Part shown: positions 52,087 to 64,000 of the stretch, one piece after another
How positions within the stretch are numbered: the first letter of the stretch is position 1
How the letters are laid out: every line of letters starts with the position of its first letter
Position numbers and translations under genes: made by a program
NCBI GenBank assembly: GCA_030324005.1
Contig: JARDVH010000149.1
Location: 25,229,587 to 25,293,586 of the forward strand
Direction: 5' to 3'
DNA: 64,000 nt
Source of the DNA: Negaprion brevirostris
Lineage: Eukaryota
The notes under the pieces: generated by a model
Seen by the model: only the letters and a program-made list of their open reading frames with translations
The model's database searches: none
Told to the model about the DNA's origin: nothing

Positions 52087-53004
52087 ATTTCTGTGTTACC
52101 AGGGAAACTGAAGGAAACTTCATTCTCCATGGACTGTTATGGGCGATTGACCAAAATTGTCAGTTTGCCTTTGCTCTGGACGGAAGTACTTCAGTTCAAC
52201 TGAATAGAACTGAAAACCGCAAGGTATTACATGAAACTCCAATTATTACTTTACTCAGATTTAATTGTTTGCAGCTAAGCAGCAATCAAAAACATTCGGC
52301 ACTCTGGTGCTGGAAGAAAGTGCGACAACTCAGGTGGCTGTCAAGTGACCCCTGTTGTGCTTATCAAAGAAAGGCTTGCATTTATACAGTGTTTTTCACA
52401 ACTACTGAATGTCTCAGTGCATAGAAATGTGGTAATGATGTGAATTTTCTGGTTTTCAATTGTCAGAGGACACTGCAATATGCAAGGCAGGACTCTGCAG
52501 AAGTCCTGACCCTAGGCATATACAGGAGGTTTAAACTTCTGACTGATTTCCTACTGCCTGGAACTCTTTGCCAAGGTCTCCAAGCTGTGCTTAGGGAGGA
52601 AACTTCGGCCAGATATGTGGGACTTACCTTGACAGTTAGTGCTAGGCAATATAATACCTGGTCAAGCATCTCTGTTACTCAACTTTTGCATTAAAATCGA
52701 CTCCTCAATCATCCACCCCCAACCTAACTGTCATCCCAGAGCCTACCCAACTACCCATCCTCCTCCCACTCATCCTTTCACTAACCCACACTCAAAAGAT
52801 TGGACCTTTCAAATGTACTTAAATATGGCAGCTACTGCTGTAAAAAAAAAAAAAGTTGTGTCTTTTTCCCCAGATTCTAATATACTCGCTAGACTACCCA
52901 TCTCTACTTCATCAGGGATTGGAAGATCCCAGAACACATGGGCAGTATTGTCAGGTCAGAAAAGGCTTTGTGGGTAGCGGCAGTGTCAACTGGAAGGTCA
53001 AAGC

Positions 53005-53290
53005 CAATCTGTTTTTGTGATATGGTTTGGCAGATTGTGATATAGACACCGGCGGTAACTCATTTTCTCTTCTTCAACGTAATACCATGGGATCGTGTAC
53101 ATTCACCTGAATGAGGGGATGAGGCTTTGGTTTAATGTCTTATCCAAAAAACAGCCCCTGCTACATTGCATTGCTTCGTACAGCATTTGATTGTCAGCTT
53201 TGCTTTTTGTACTCAAGCCGTGGAGTGGGAATTGAACTCAAAACTTTGTGACTCAGGAGTGCTGCCGATTTGAGCCACAGCTGACACATT
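53005..53290 (-). mobile_element. DeuSINE-like element 5' portion
   Basis: ccatgggatc…ggtttaatgtct…gtcagc…ctcaag..tggagtgggaattgaac…tgactcag…tgagccacagctgac. Confidence 0.65.
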
Positions 53291-55942
53291 TGGGTGAAGT
53301 ATCTGACCAAACAGNNNNNNNNNNNNNNNNNNNNNNNNNNNNNNNNNNNNNNNAATACTTTTGCTCAATTTTTAAGGGAACAATACCCTGGAGGATGGAA
53401 GAGCTAAATAAGGGAACAGCCATGGGATTCAAAGCTCTCAGATTTTGTTTCTTATTTTTGAATAAAATTTAGCGACAATAAAACTGCATATACATCTGTC
53501 TATTGTTCTCACAGAGCCCTTTTCCTTATGGAGCCATTTAACTAATAACATGTTTTAAACATCTCATAATGAAGTAGGTTGTTTATTGGAGCAACCTCAT
53601 TGATCTGGGTGGTGAAAGTTAAGCTCCTGTTTAAAGTGACCTTTTGCTTCTAGTCACTTAGTTACAAGCACCAAGAGAAGGCAGCCAGCAGAGAAATGGG
53701 GGGTGAAAAAGGTCCTTGCTGAGTAATTGTGAAGTAATCAAGAAAGACATCATTGTGCTTAGCAGACTGTTGTTTTGAGGACCAGTACATGTAAAGAGTT
53801 ATAATTTATTGTAGTAATACTGTTAATGTCATCTGACAAAAATGATGATGCACCATCAACACACGTTGTATCATAACAAATGATTAAGGCAAAGATACGA
53901 ATTAACTGCATATTTCACTACTCTAACAAAACTTTACTGTGTTCCCAAGTTTTGCCTCATCTGCACACTTTGAAATTGCATGTACGAATCTTTGTATCCA
54001 AACCAAGTCATTCATTTCAACTAAGAAAAGCAATGATTCTAATATAGACACTTGGGTAAAACTAACTTCTCTGCAGTCAGAAAAACATTGGTTAATCATT
54101 ACTCTCTGCTTCCTAACCCTTAGCCAACTTCATACTCAAGTCACCACTATCCCTGCAAATATCATGTGCTTCTATTTTCCGAATATGGCTCTTTTTGAAT
54201 CATCTGAGAAGACCTCCCCTCCTTTCTGCTAAATGGGATTAAGGAAAGCATCAGTGGTGGCACCTCACTTAAGAGCCCATGAAAATTCATGATTCCTGTG
54301 AATGCTGTTGGAGCTTTATTAGCATATAGCAATGAAGCTCTCTGCCAGAGTTCCTAGCGAGGATGTCAGCTACCTAAATAAACAGGGGCCTAGTTATGAT
54401 GACAGTGGCCAGGAATTGAGACCTTGCACTCACCTTGTCTCACTGCATGTTGGCCACAGTCCTGCTGGGCGAGATGAGTTCTAACTGCCCCTTTGGTGCT
54501 TTGTAATTCTTGGCAAGAAATGCCCGTCCATAAATTGCTATATTTTTCATATCCAGCTCAATATTTTCCAACTACTACATTCCAATTAATAGAGTTATTA
54601 ACAAAAGCAAAATATTCACACTATGCATAATTCCATTTTTCATCATTTCAAATCAATCGTTGATATCATTGGTACACAGTTTTAAAGTAAAAACACTTCT
54701 GTGTTTCCAAATGTGCAGGTTGTTTCTATCTGACATTACAGGAGAAAACCAAGCTTCCCATGAAATTGGGAGCTATTAGATGCCAGTTGAAGTGTTCTAC
54801 TCATCTCTCAAGGTCAAGCTTTTAAAACACACAAACAAACAATGATATGAACAAATCCAACTGCTTGCAAAAGAAAATAAGACGGTTGTGTTGGCCCTTT
54901 TTGAATGACAGAACTACTTCAACTCTACTTATTAGTTATATTCAGAAATGGTCTCAGCTATTGAGCTGTGGCTCAAGGGCTCAGGTCCGTCAAACTAAGG
55001 GCTTAAGTTTTTGACAGGTTGCAACCATGATTCCAACCCAAATGATGGTGCATTACATTTATTTCCTGGTGTCAATTATTTCAGGATATGGAGAGGAGGG
55101 TCGAAGGCTGCTCTAACTTCAATCCATTCTTTTCTATGCGGCAGTCCTTAGTGAGGGCATATAGAATGTCAACATGTTCCACAAACTTAATTGGAAGTAG
55201 CGATGGTCATGGGCAGATTAAAGATTTGATTTTAATGCATTTTGTAAAGCACAACATTTTGTGGGCACGGTTATGCGTGTATGGAGCTGTATGTATGGGG
55301 CTACTTGCAGTATTAACTCTGGCATATTTATCTTTGACTTTGAATATAGAGCATAATAGAATATTATGAATGAACTGACCAAATGTCCATTTAAGTTAGT
55401 TGGGCTGATTTGGGAACGTAATGTTTACAAGGTAGTAGTTGGGAAATACTTATTTTAAATTATGTTTTAAATTTGATAATTAAATGACCAACAGAAAAGG
55501 TAAAACGGAAAGAGTAGAGCATGAAGTGAAAATATGAAGTCATATAAATTGATCGGAGAGTTTAATCACAGTGTTAGATATATAAGCATCTTTAAATTGC
55601 CAGCTTAGATATTGGCTCAAAAGTTGCATATTAATCCCTCTACTTCTCACATTTTTGGAATCCTGCTCCATCTGAGCAGGTGGCTGGGTTCAATGAACCA
55701 TAGCCCTCCTCTTTAAAGACATTCAAATTTTAATGAAGGGGAGGTGAGAGATTGGCTGTTTTTCCTCTCAGGTTTCCCACATTCACAGCTCCTTCATCTA
55801 GCCTGGGAATGCAGACAAAATTGACAGCTCCAATCCTCAGAGGGTTAAAAATACTTAAAGCTAGAAGACTTCAAAGATGCTTTTATGTTCTAACACTCAG
55901 CGTTAAATTGATAAACTTATCTTGTCCCACTACAGCAGATAA

Positions 55943-56255
55943 AATCATAGAAACCTTACAGTGCAGAAGGAGGCCATTCAGCCCATTGAGCCTGCACTGA
56001 CAATATTCCCACCCAGGCCCTGTCCCTGTAACCCTAAACACTTACAATGTTAATCCCCTGACACTCAGTTGCAATTTAGCATGGCCAATCTACCCAATCC
56101 AACTATCTTTGGATGTGGGAGGAAACCAGAACACCTGAAGGAAACCCAGATAGACATGGGGAGAATATGCAAACTCCACAGACAGTTATCCAAGGTCGGA
56201 ATTGAACCCAGGTCCCTGGCACTGTGAGGCAGCAGTGCTAACCACAGTGTCATCG
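55943..56255 (-). mobile_element. HE1 SINE, near full length
   Basis: atcatagaaaccttacagtgcagaaggaggccattcagccc…gaggcagcagtgctaaccac. Confidence 0.9.
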
Positions 56256-56719
56256 TGTCATCACGAGTGTTATAACTTGCCAACAGATTCTCGGATCCTA
56301 CTTGTGCTGCATAACATAATGAAAGGGTATAGTGATGCCGGAGCTGATTGAAACTGGCACTACAGTGTAAAAAATGCGTCGATGACAATCTTGCTGGATA
56401 ATTCTGTTCTATAAACACAATCATTGGTTTCTTTCAACCTTTCGCTCAACACATTTCCATCAAATTATTCAGCGGCACAATCTTTTGGACAAAAATATCC
56501 CTCTCTTTGACCTTGTATTTTTCTCTGCAAATATCCATTTCCTTCACATCATATCATTAGAAGCCATTTCTATCACATCTAAGTTACGTAAAATCTCTTG
56601 TTATTCAACAGCATTTTTTAAAGGGTGTGCTGCAGGATCATGGCTATGAGAAGGAACAAAAAACTGAGAATATTGATGCACGATTGTTTTTTGTATGGGC
56701 GGGAAGCATCCCTCAGAGG

Positions 56720-57650
56720 TCACTGCTGTTTTTGATAAATACTAATGATCTGCATTTGGGTAGGCAGCATAATATCAAAGTTTGCAGATGACACGAAACA
56801 TAGAATGTAGTAAATACTGAGGAAGATAAATAGATTTCATAAGGACCTAGATGTATTGGTGAAATTGGTAGATGAAGTGTTTGCAGAAAAATGTGCAATG
56901 ATACATTTTGCTAGGAAGATGAACAGAGGCAGTGAATACTAAATGATACAATTTTAAGGGAGGTGCAGGAAAAAGGAGACATGGGGGTCTATATATTCAA
57001 ACTGTTAACCTGGCATGACAGTTGTCAAACATGNNNNNNNNNNNNNNNNNNNNNNNNNNNNNNNNNNNNNNNNNNNNNNNNNNNNNNNNNNNNNNNNNNN
57101 NNNNNNNNNNNNNNNNNNNNNNNNNNNNNNNNNNNNNNNNNNNNNNNNNNNNNNNNNNNNNNNNNNNNNNNNNNNNNNNNNNNNNNNNNNNNNNNNNNNN
57201 NNNNNNNNNNNNNNNNNNNNNNNNNNNNNNNNNNNNNNNNNNNNNNNNNNNNNNNNNNNNNNNNNNNNNNNNNNNNNNNNNNNNNNNNNNNNNNNNNNNN
57301 NNNNNNNNNNNNNNNNNCATCTTGAAGGGCTTGGATAGAAAAATAAGGAGGAACTGTTTCCAATTACGGGAGGGGTGGTAACCAGAGCCAGAAGTAAGAT
57401 GAGGGGAATATTTTTTACAGAGTGATTTGATGTGATCAGGAACACACTGCCTCAAAGAATGGTGGAGGAAAATTCAATAATAACTTTCAAAAGGGAATTA
57501 GAAGAATACTTGAAAGGTAATAATTTGCAGGGCAATGAGGGAAAATGAAATCAGGGGAAATTGGGGACTGATAGATACCTGTTTTTTTTAAAAAATGGCA
57601 CATGCACGATAGGCCACAAAGCTACCTCGTTTGATGGACCATCTTGTGAT
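56720..57650 (+). mobile_element. CR1 RT-to-3'-end fragment spanning a gap
   Basis: ISKFADDT (atatcaaagtttgcagatgacacg), then CR1 C-terminal motifs after the gap. Confidence 0.75.
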
Positions 57651-59209
57651 ATAATTGCAAATTGTTATTTTGCTAGTTCATTTGCAACTGAATGGAATCC
57701 ACAGAAAAATCACCACGAAGCTGAATGTATTTAAGAATTGATCAGCTAGACTAGAAACAAGGATTTATTTTTGGAATAAATCTGCACCCTCACATATCTG
57801 CTTTTATATAAGTACTGAAAACAATATGTAGCCAAATTGCACCTTGGTGCAGTTTGTGTATTGAGTAAAGCAATGGAATTCAAATTAAAAATAAAGACTG
57901 ACCTGAAACACAAACAAGCTGGAACCAATTTTCAACATGGGTAAACATCTCTGGGCAAAATGTACTCACTGCAAGGTGGAAATATGACTTGAAAGACAAA
58001 AACAGGAAACCTCTTTGGTGTATCAGAGAACAAAGACTGAACTTTGGTCCCAGAATTTCCAAATCTTTCTCCAAAATGTTACTGTAGGCTTGCTTAACTC
58101 ATCAACTTTATGCTTGTAATAGGAAAGGTTAAACTGAATAAAACCCTGAAGCCATTCAGTGAAAAACAGAAGTGGATGCTTTGAAGTACTTTTATTGGCT
58201 TGTAGTAGACTGGTGTTGTGTTTTCAATTATTCTAAACAGTCCCTGCAGCAATAAGGATTAGGTTATGTCGTCCAGTTTTGTGAATCATTCTGCTGGATA
58301 GACCCAGAGAATATTTCATTTGATTCATTCAATTGTTGGTATTTGAATGGAAGAATTTGTCAACTATACACCAGCAGTGCCTGTGGTAATTGGTTTAACT
58401 TATTTATCAATAGTCTTGAACAATCTCATGGGTGCAAAGCTTCTTAAACTGTTTCAAACATTGTTGTGTTGAAACTGACTTTACTGTGTGGCAGCGTCCT
58501 CTGGCCCCTTCCATTTAAACACCCATTATTTGACTTTGGGATGGGATTGCAGCTATGCATTGTTGATAACTACCATCAAATATACCACCATTTTTTAAAT
58601 AGTTCATATAAATTACTCACTTGAAAAGTACATTGGAATTGATCAGAGTCGATGAAGTTTGTAATATGTGGGTGTTCAATATAATGCTACTAACAATAAA
58701 CTGCAGGGATGAATAGCAAAGCAACCTTATTACGTGACCATGGATATAACCCGAGAGCTGTTATTCCACTCTGGGACTAATCACACTCTAGAGAACAGTG
58801 CTTTTCAAGCTCTGTGAAATTAACACAGCACTTAATAGCAGTGTATTCTCACAGTGCCCTAAGTTACTGCCAGGAGACAATTGAACCAAAAACTAATTTA
58901 ATCCTGGAAAAAACTGTTTACAAAACCGGAAAGAAGCCACATTGGTCCTTGGAAAAATTCAAAATGAAGTTGCTGTAAAACCGTGCGTCAAGCCTGTTAA
59001 CCACAACAGCTTCATGTAATTTTTCTTTTCTGTCTCATGTTGCATTGAAGTTATGCACAGTTTTCAAATACTTATTACTAAAGTTTGGCACTGTACTTAA
59101 TGATAGAATAATAATCCAGTTGAAAAAAATGGTTGTGAGAGTTGACATTTGGGAATAACCTAGATTTCATAAAACCTTTGACATTTTTGTGTGTGAAATT
59201 CTGTTTTGT

Positions 59210-59969
59210 GTGTGTTTAGGGAGCCTGGCACTCGAACGTCCTTTATGGCCTCACTTGGAGAGGTTCTCTCTGACTGGGAAAACACCTACTGTCCATGAAC
59301 AGGGAACAGTTCTGTTGGTCTCACAGGTAGAACTGGAGGCCATCGAGGTCCCCCTGGGGAGGCTGAGGGCAAGTGGGTAGACCATCCTGGCACCTGGGCA
59401 ATGCCTAGCAGGCACCTTGGCACAGCTCAGTGGGCTGAGCCAGGGAATGGGGCATGAAGAGGTGACCTGATTGGGTGGAGCCCACTGCACACTCTGCAAT
59501 GGGATTGGATTGGGGCAGAGAGGGCCTGCTGCCACTCTGCAGTTGCGATCGGATAGGGTGAAGTGGGGCCCAATAGGTTTGGGTGGTGGGGCGGTCAGTG
59601 GGGGCTAGATGCCCATGCATTGTGGGGCTTGCAATTGGCTGTGGGCCCCTGCAATTGTGGGGGGTGAGGAACTGGTTGAAGTTGCCAGCAGTAGCAGGGA
59701 CCTTACAGCTCTTTCTCTGCCAGACCACTGCAGTTGCTATTGAGCATGATCAGAATCAGAGGTCTGCACATGTGCAGTAGCTTCCTCTACGAGCTGGTTG
59801 TGAATTAAGCCCAGCCCACTGCCTGCAGCAGCTAGAAACAGTCTGCACTATTTTTTCAATGACTAATTGCATAAGATTGGGCATAAAAACTTGCCCAAAA
59901 ATGGACCACAAACTCTTCAATTTTCATGTTAGCTGGACAATTCAAATCAATCTTGTAAAATTCCACCCC
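59210..59969. mobile_element. GC-rich Harbinger-type non-autonomous fragment
   Basis: Ends gtaaaattccaccc (TIR-like). Shares ggcacc/gcacatgtgcag motifs with 39530-40020 in opposite orientation. Confidence 0.5.
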
Positions 59970-61939
59970 TCAAGTTTAAATTCAATAAATCTGACACGCA
60001 CCACTGAAAGATTATTGTAGAATTCCATTCCTTTCACAATGTATTTTAAGAAGGGAACCTGCTACTCCTATCATGTCACTTATATATGACTCAGAGCCCT
60101 CTGAAATGGCCAAGAGAGCCATTCATTGATACCAAGGATGCAACCTTATCAATATGTCCCATGTTGAAACAACCCTCAGAAATTGGACTTATTTTATAAG
60201 CAAAGTCTCTGCTCCATCTAATGTTGATAGATTTTAGACTCATCAATTGGTGTTGGTTTGAAGTCATGTGACTCTGTACCACTCCTACCTTTTTGCTTCT
60301 GCGTTGATGTCTTGCAACTGAGTGGGAAGATTAGCTTGAGCTGTACAAAATTTCAGTCAACGGGAGGGGTATTTTCAAGATGCAATTAGTTCTCCCAGAC
60401 ATGCTTTCTCTCAATTTCTCCTGAGGTGGGTTAATAGCTAACTGCAATCAAACCAATCAACGACGTTACCTAAGATCTAGTCAATGTGCCTGTTTGTAAG
60501 GAAATCTGTACAAGTGCGCATTCTGAAAACAAACAGAATTCTGCAAGTACAAAAGGACACTCACTGTGACTTTCCCCCGCTATGCACCAATAACCTAGAT
60601 GGTAAAATATACAAGTGAGATCACAGAGATTTACCACATACGAATCACAGACTGCCTTCTGTGCACTCAGCCCTTTTACCTATTAAAACATGGGATACAG
60701 CCTCTTGTAAAGCTGCTGTTTCTAGATCTTTTAACAAGTAGGGAAGACAGGCACTTCCCTTACAGCTTACTACCGCACTGCTGCCAAATTCTCATGAGGT
60801 CAGTGTAGGCTGGTTGGCGCGAAACAGCATTGAGTTTGAAGAAAGAATTTTTTTTAATGGAATTCACTGTGGCAGAGAAAGTGCTGCATCTCTGAAATTG
60901 AATGCTTAAGCAATTGTAACCCAGAGAGAGTGTTTTTTTCCTGCCATTACAGATGGTGAATAAACGAGACAAATTTGATAACACAGAGAATGACCATTTT
61001 GAAAACTAGGACATCTTTCTCATGTAGGATACAGTTATATTGTGCAATCACTTAACATTGGCCAAAAGGTGGATCTCGGGGAACTTTTATGATACCTGTT
61101 CCAAGATGAGAAACCATGCATTGATCTCCCAGTCAAACTTATATCTGACTTCGTCAATGAAACTCTGATTGTTGTATATCAGTCATTCCTTTTATGTGTG
61201 CGCACTGGCTCAGAGAAAGATCTTATACATTGCTGAGAGCACCAGACACTAAAATGAATATCAAAACGTGTAAAATCCTGAAACCCTGACCCTAAATAAT
61301 CGACTTAAGTCCTTGCTTTGAAAGAATAAATTGAAACAAAATCTGAAAGGCATATAAATTTCATAGAAGCCGACAAAGAAAATCTGAAGAGAGGTAATTC
61401 AATAATTGCTGAAAGAAATTTTGTTTAAAAAATAAGTCGTACCAAGTGAACTTCAAGGAAATTGTCACTGTGAAATGTACTGAAACAAGCTTACGTGGAA
61501 AGGTATTCATTTACTATGATTACACATCTTGATAGGGATGAAACAGTGCCAAATGCCACGTTAAACAGCGTTTGTTGCAGATGCGTTTACCTGGGCCTCA
61601 GATTGCCTTTAGATTAAGCTGTGTGCCTGTACTTTTATGTAAGTTTTTTTCATTGTTGCTTTGATGCCTCTTACTGTTCAGCAGCAGCTCTCCTGCAGAA
61701 TAATGGAAGGTTTTTAATGAAATCCAAGTATGTAATTAATCAGTAATGGAAGAGAAGGCCTGCACATATTTAGCTTTTACCATGTTAATGATCTATCACA
61801 TTGTGCAAGATTACTAGCATGCTCACCACCCCCACGTAGATAGGCATTTGAGTTTGGTGTTGTCAGTAATCATGTCAGTTGTTTCTAAAAATAGACAAAT
61901 CTCTGATAGTCAGTTCTCCACAATGTTATCTTGGAATTA

Positions 61940-62835
61940 CAGTAAGAAGTCTCACCAGGTTAAAGTCCAACAGGTTTATTTGGTAGCACGAGCCACTAGC
62001 TTTTGAGCACTGCCCCTTCATCAGGTGAGTGGGAGTTTTGTTCACAAACAGGGCATATAAAGACACAAGCTCAATTTACAAAATGATGATTGAAATGCAA
62101 GTCTTTACAGGTAATCAAGTCTCAAAGGTACAGACAATGTGAGTGGAGAGAGGGTTAAGCACGGGTTAAAGAGATGTGTATTATCTCCAGCCAGGACAGT
62201 TAGTGAGATTTTACAAGCCCAGTCAAGTTGTAGGGGTTACAGATAGTGTGACATGAACCCAAAATCCTGGTTGAGGCCATCCTCGTGTGCGGAACTTGGC
62301 AATCAGTCTCTGCTCAGTGACTCTGCGTTGTTGTGTGTCGTGAAGGCCATCTTGAAGAACGCTTACTTGAAGATCAGAAGCTGAATGCACGTGACCGCTG
62401 AAGTGTTCCCCAATAGGAAGAGAACATTCTTGCCTGGTGATTGTCGAGCGGTGTTCATTCAGCCATTGTTGTAGCGTCTGCATGGTCTCCCAATGTACCA
62501 TGCCTCAGGACATCCTTTCCTGCAGCACATCAGGTAGACGGCATTGGCTGTGTTGCAAGTGTATGTACCGCGTACCTGGTGGATGGTGTTCTCGTGAGAT
62601 GATGGCATCCGTGTCAATGATCTGGCACATCCTGCAGAGGTTGCTGTGGCAGGGTTGTGGGGTGTCATGGTCAACGTTCCCCTGAAGGCTGGGTAGTTTG
62701 CAGCGGACAATGGTCTGTTTGAGGTTGTGTGGTTGTTTGAAGGCAAGAAGTGAGGGTGGGGAGCGGCCTTGGCGAGATGTTTGTCTTCATCAGTGACATG
62801 TTGAAGGCTCGGGAGAAGATGTTGTAGCTTCACTT
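61940..62835 (-). mobile_element. Penelope-like retroelement 3' part: GIY-YIG endonuclease plus pseudo-LTR with hammerhead motif
   Basis: TYTCNTANAVYLMCCRKGCPEAWYIG / ETMQTLQQWLNEHR…PIGEHF…RRVTEQRLIAKFRT fits the Penelope GIY-YIG domain (frameshifted). Followed by cacCTGATGAaggggcagtgctcAAAAgctagtg…aataaacctgttggactttaacctgg…gagacttcttact. Confidence 0.9.
61994..62027 (-). ncRNA. Minimal type I hammerhead ribozyme motif (core GAAA mutated to AAAA) in the Penelope pseudo-LTR
   Basis: CAC-CUGAUGA-A-GGGGC-AGU-GCUC-AAAA-G-CUA-GUG: helix I CAC/GUG, stem II, CUA cleavage triplet. Confidence 0.65.
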
Positions 62836-63329
62836 CATTATTTTTCTCCATTAATGGCTTTAGTAGATGTCTTATTTAACTACCTGTAGCATTGTTTCAA
62901 AGTAATGGATAGGGTAACAGTACTAAATGAATTCTGCCACTGTTTCGCGTTTAAAGATTTTCTATATATTTTGGGAAAACTCTAGTCTTGAAAAGCAATA
63001 TAATCTTTGAAGGAGCTAAACCACCACAGATTCACTTCAAACTTATTTAAAATAACAGTTTAAAATTTATTACAGCATCTTTAAGATTTATGGGAGAAAC
63101 CTCTCTTAAATCACTTGGATAAATGATCAGCCTGTCAGAGTCCAATGCATCTCCTTACTTTCAACAAAATCACACATTCAGAGGATGAAACGTATGAAAA
63201 AAACTTCAGAACATGTGGAATTGAAATGTTAGGGAATAGCGAATGATTGCTAAAATGTTCTTCAACCTGCGTTCTAAAATTTAATTCAGTCAATAAGTGA
63301 CTGGAGCCCACAGAAAATTAAATTACTCA

Positions 63330-63636
63330 TCAGGGGAGTGAAAACCTGGTGATATCGTCGTCCATCAATCTAGAAATTCAGCTAATGTTCTGGGTACCCG
63401 GATTCGAATCTTGCCATGGCAGATGGTGGATTCAATAAAAAAAAGTGGAATGTAAGAATCTACTGATGACCATGAAACCATTGTCAATTGTTCGAAAAGC
63501 CCATCTGTTTCACTAATGTCCTTTAGGGAAGGAAATGTGCCGTCCTTACCTGGTCTAGCCTACAAATAACACATTCAACTGCCTTCCGAGGGCAACTAAG
63601 AGCGATATCCATGTCCCATGAATTAATAAAAAAAAG
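63330..63636 (+). mobile_element. Same SINE family (Meta-SINE-like core), ~260 bp upstream of the exon
   Basis: ggattcgaatc B-box, cactaatgtcctttagggaaggaaatgtgccgtccttacctggtct core, tail tcccatgaattaataaaaaaaa. Confidence 0.75.
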
Positions 63637-63892
63637 CTGTATAACTAGAAATGATGGACCAAATGCACATTGCTGTGCCTAAGTGGGTAATTATATAATT
63701 GTTCATAGCAAACCTAGGGCTCTATGTAAATGCAGCACGTTTAAACAGCTTTTTTATGTTGAAAGGAGTTGTTTAATATTAATTAAATTAGATTTCTGGA
63801 AAAGGCAGTAGATTTAAAACACCATAATAAGTTATATGCATTTCCCCATGACTGATCTGCTCTCATTATTGTTCTTTATTTCCCTTCAACAG

Positions 63893-64000
63893 CACTGGAA
63901 AATGCCATTGCAAAGAAGGGGTGTCCGGTCTGAAATGTAACCAGTGTCAGACCTTGCATTACAAGTTCACTGAAACTGGATGTAGGCCCTGTCAATGTAA
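63893..64000 (+). CDS. MEGF9: Internal coding exon (truncated by window end) encoding a laminin-type EGF domain; most similar to MEGF9 exon 3
   Basis: Branch-point-like CTGAT (63852), polypyrimidine tract and CAG acceptor (…ctttatttcccttcaacag|). Phase-2 start, open frame (S)TGKCHCKEGVSGLKCNQCQTLHYKFTETGCRPCQC. Cys spacing fits a laminin EGF-like (LE) repeat and aligns with recalled human MEGF9 [36 protein letters not shown]. Other LE-repeat genes cannot be fully excluded. Confidence 0.72.

Overview
This is vertebrate genomic DNA, almost certainly from a shark or other elasmobranch, judged by HE1/V-SINEs, DeuSINE-like elements, CR1/L2/RTE/Rex1 LINE debris and Penelope elements. The assembly is a draft with about 15 N-gaps. 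The only host exon I can support starts at 63893 on the + strand and is cut by the window end. It encodes a laminin-type EGF repeat (TGKCHCKEGVSGLKCNQCQTLHYKFTETGCRPCQC) that best resembles MEGF9 exon 3, so the other ~63.9 kb is probably one large intron. That intron holds two decayed Gypsy LTR retrotransposons, a decayed PIF/Harbinger (HARBI1-like) transposase with related MITEs, Penelope fragments with hammerhead-ribozyme motifs, and many SINEs and LINEs. The most striking feature is a ~278-bp retroposed element at 21868-22145 (minus strand). It has a U1 snRNA head, a second U1 fragment, a U2 snRNA fragment, a non-snRNA body, an A-rich tail and a GTGGCC target-site duplication. This resembles the snRNA-headed SINEU class described in crocodilians, and its antisense U1 head creates a perfect 5' splice site on the host-gene strand. 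Repeat family names come from recalled consensus motifs, not database searches, and repeat boundaries are approximate.
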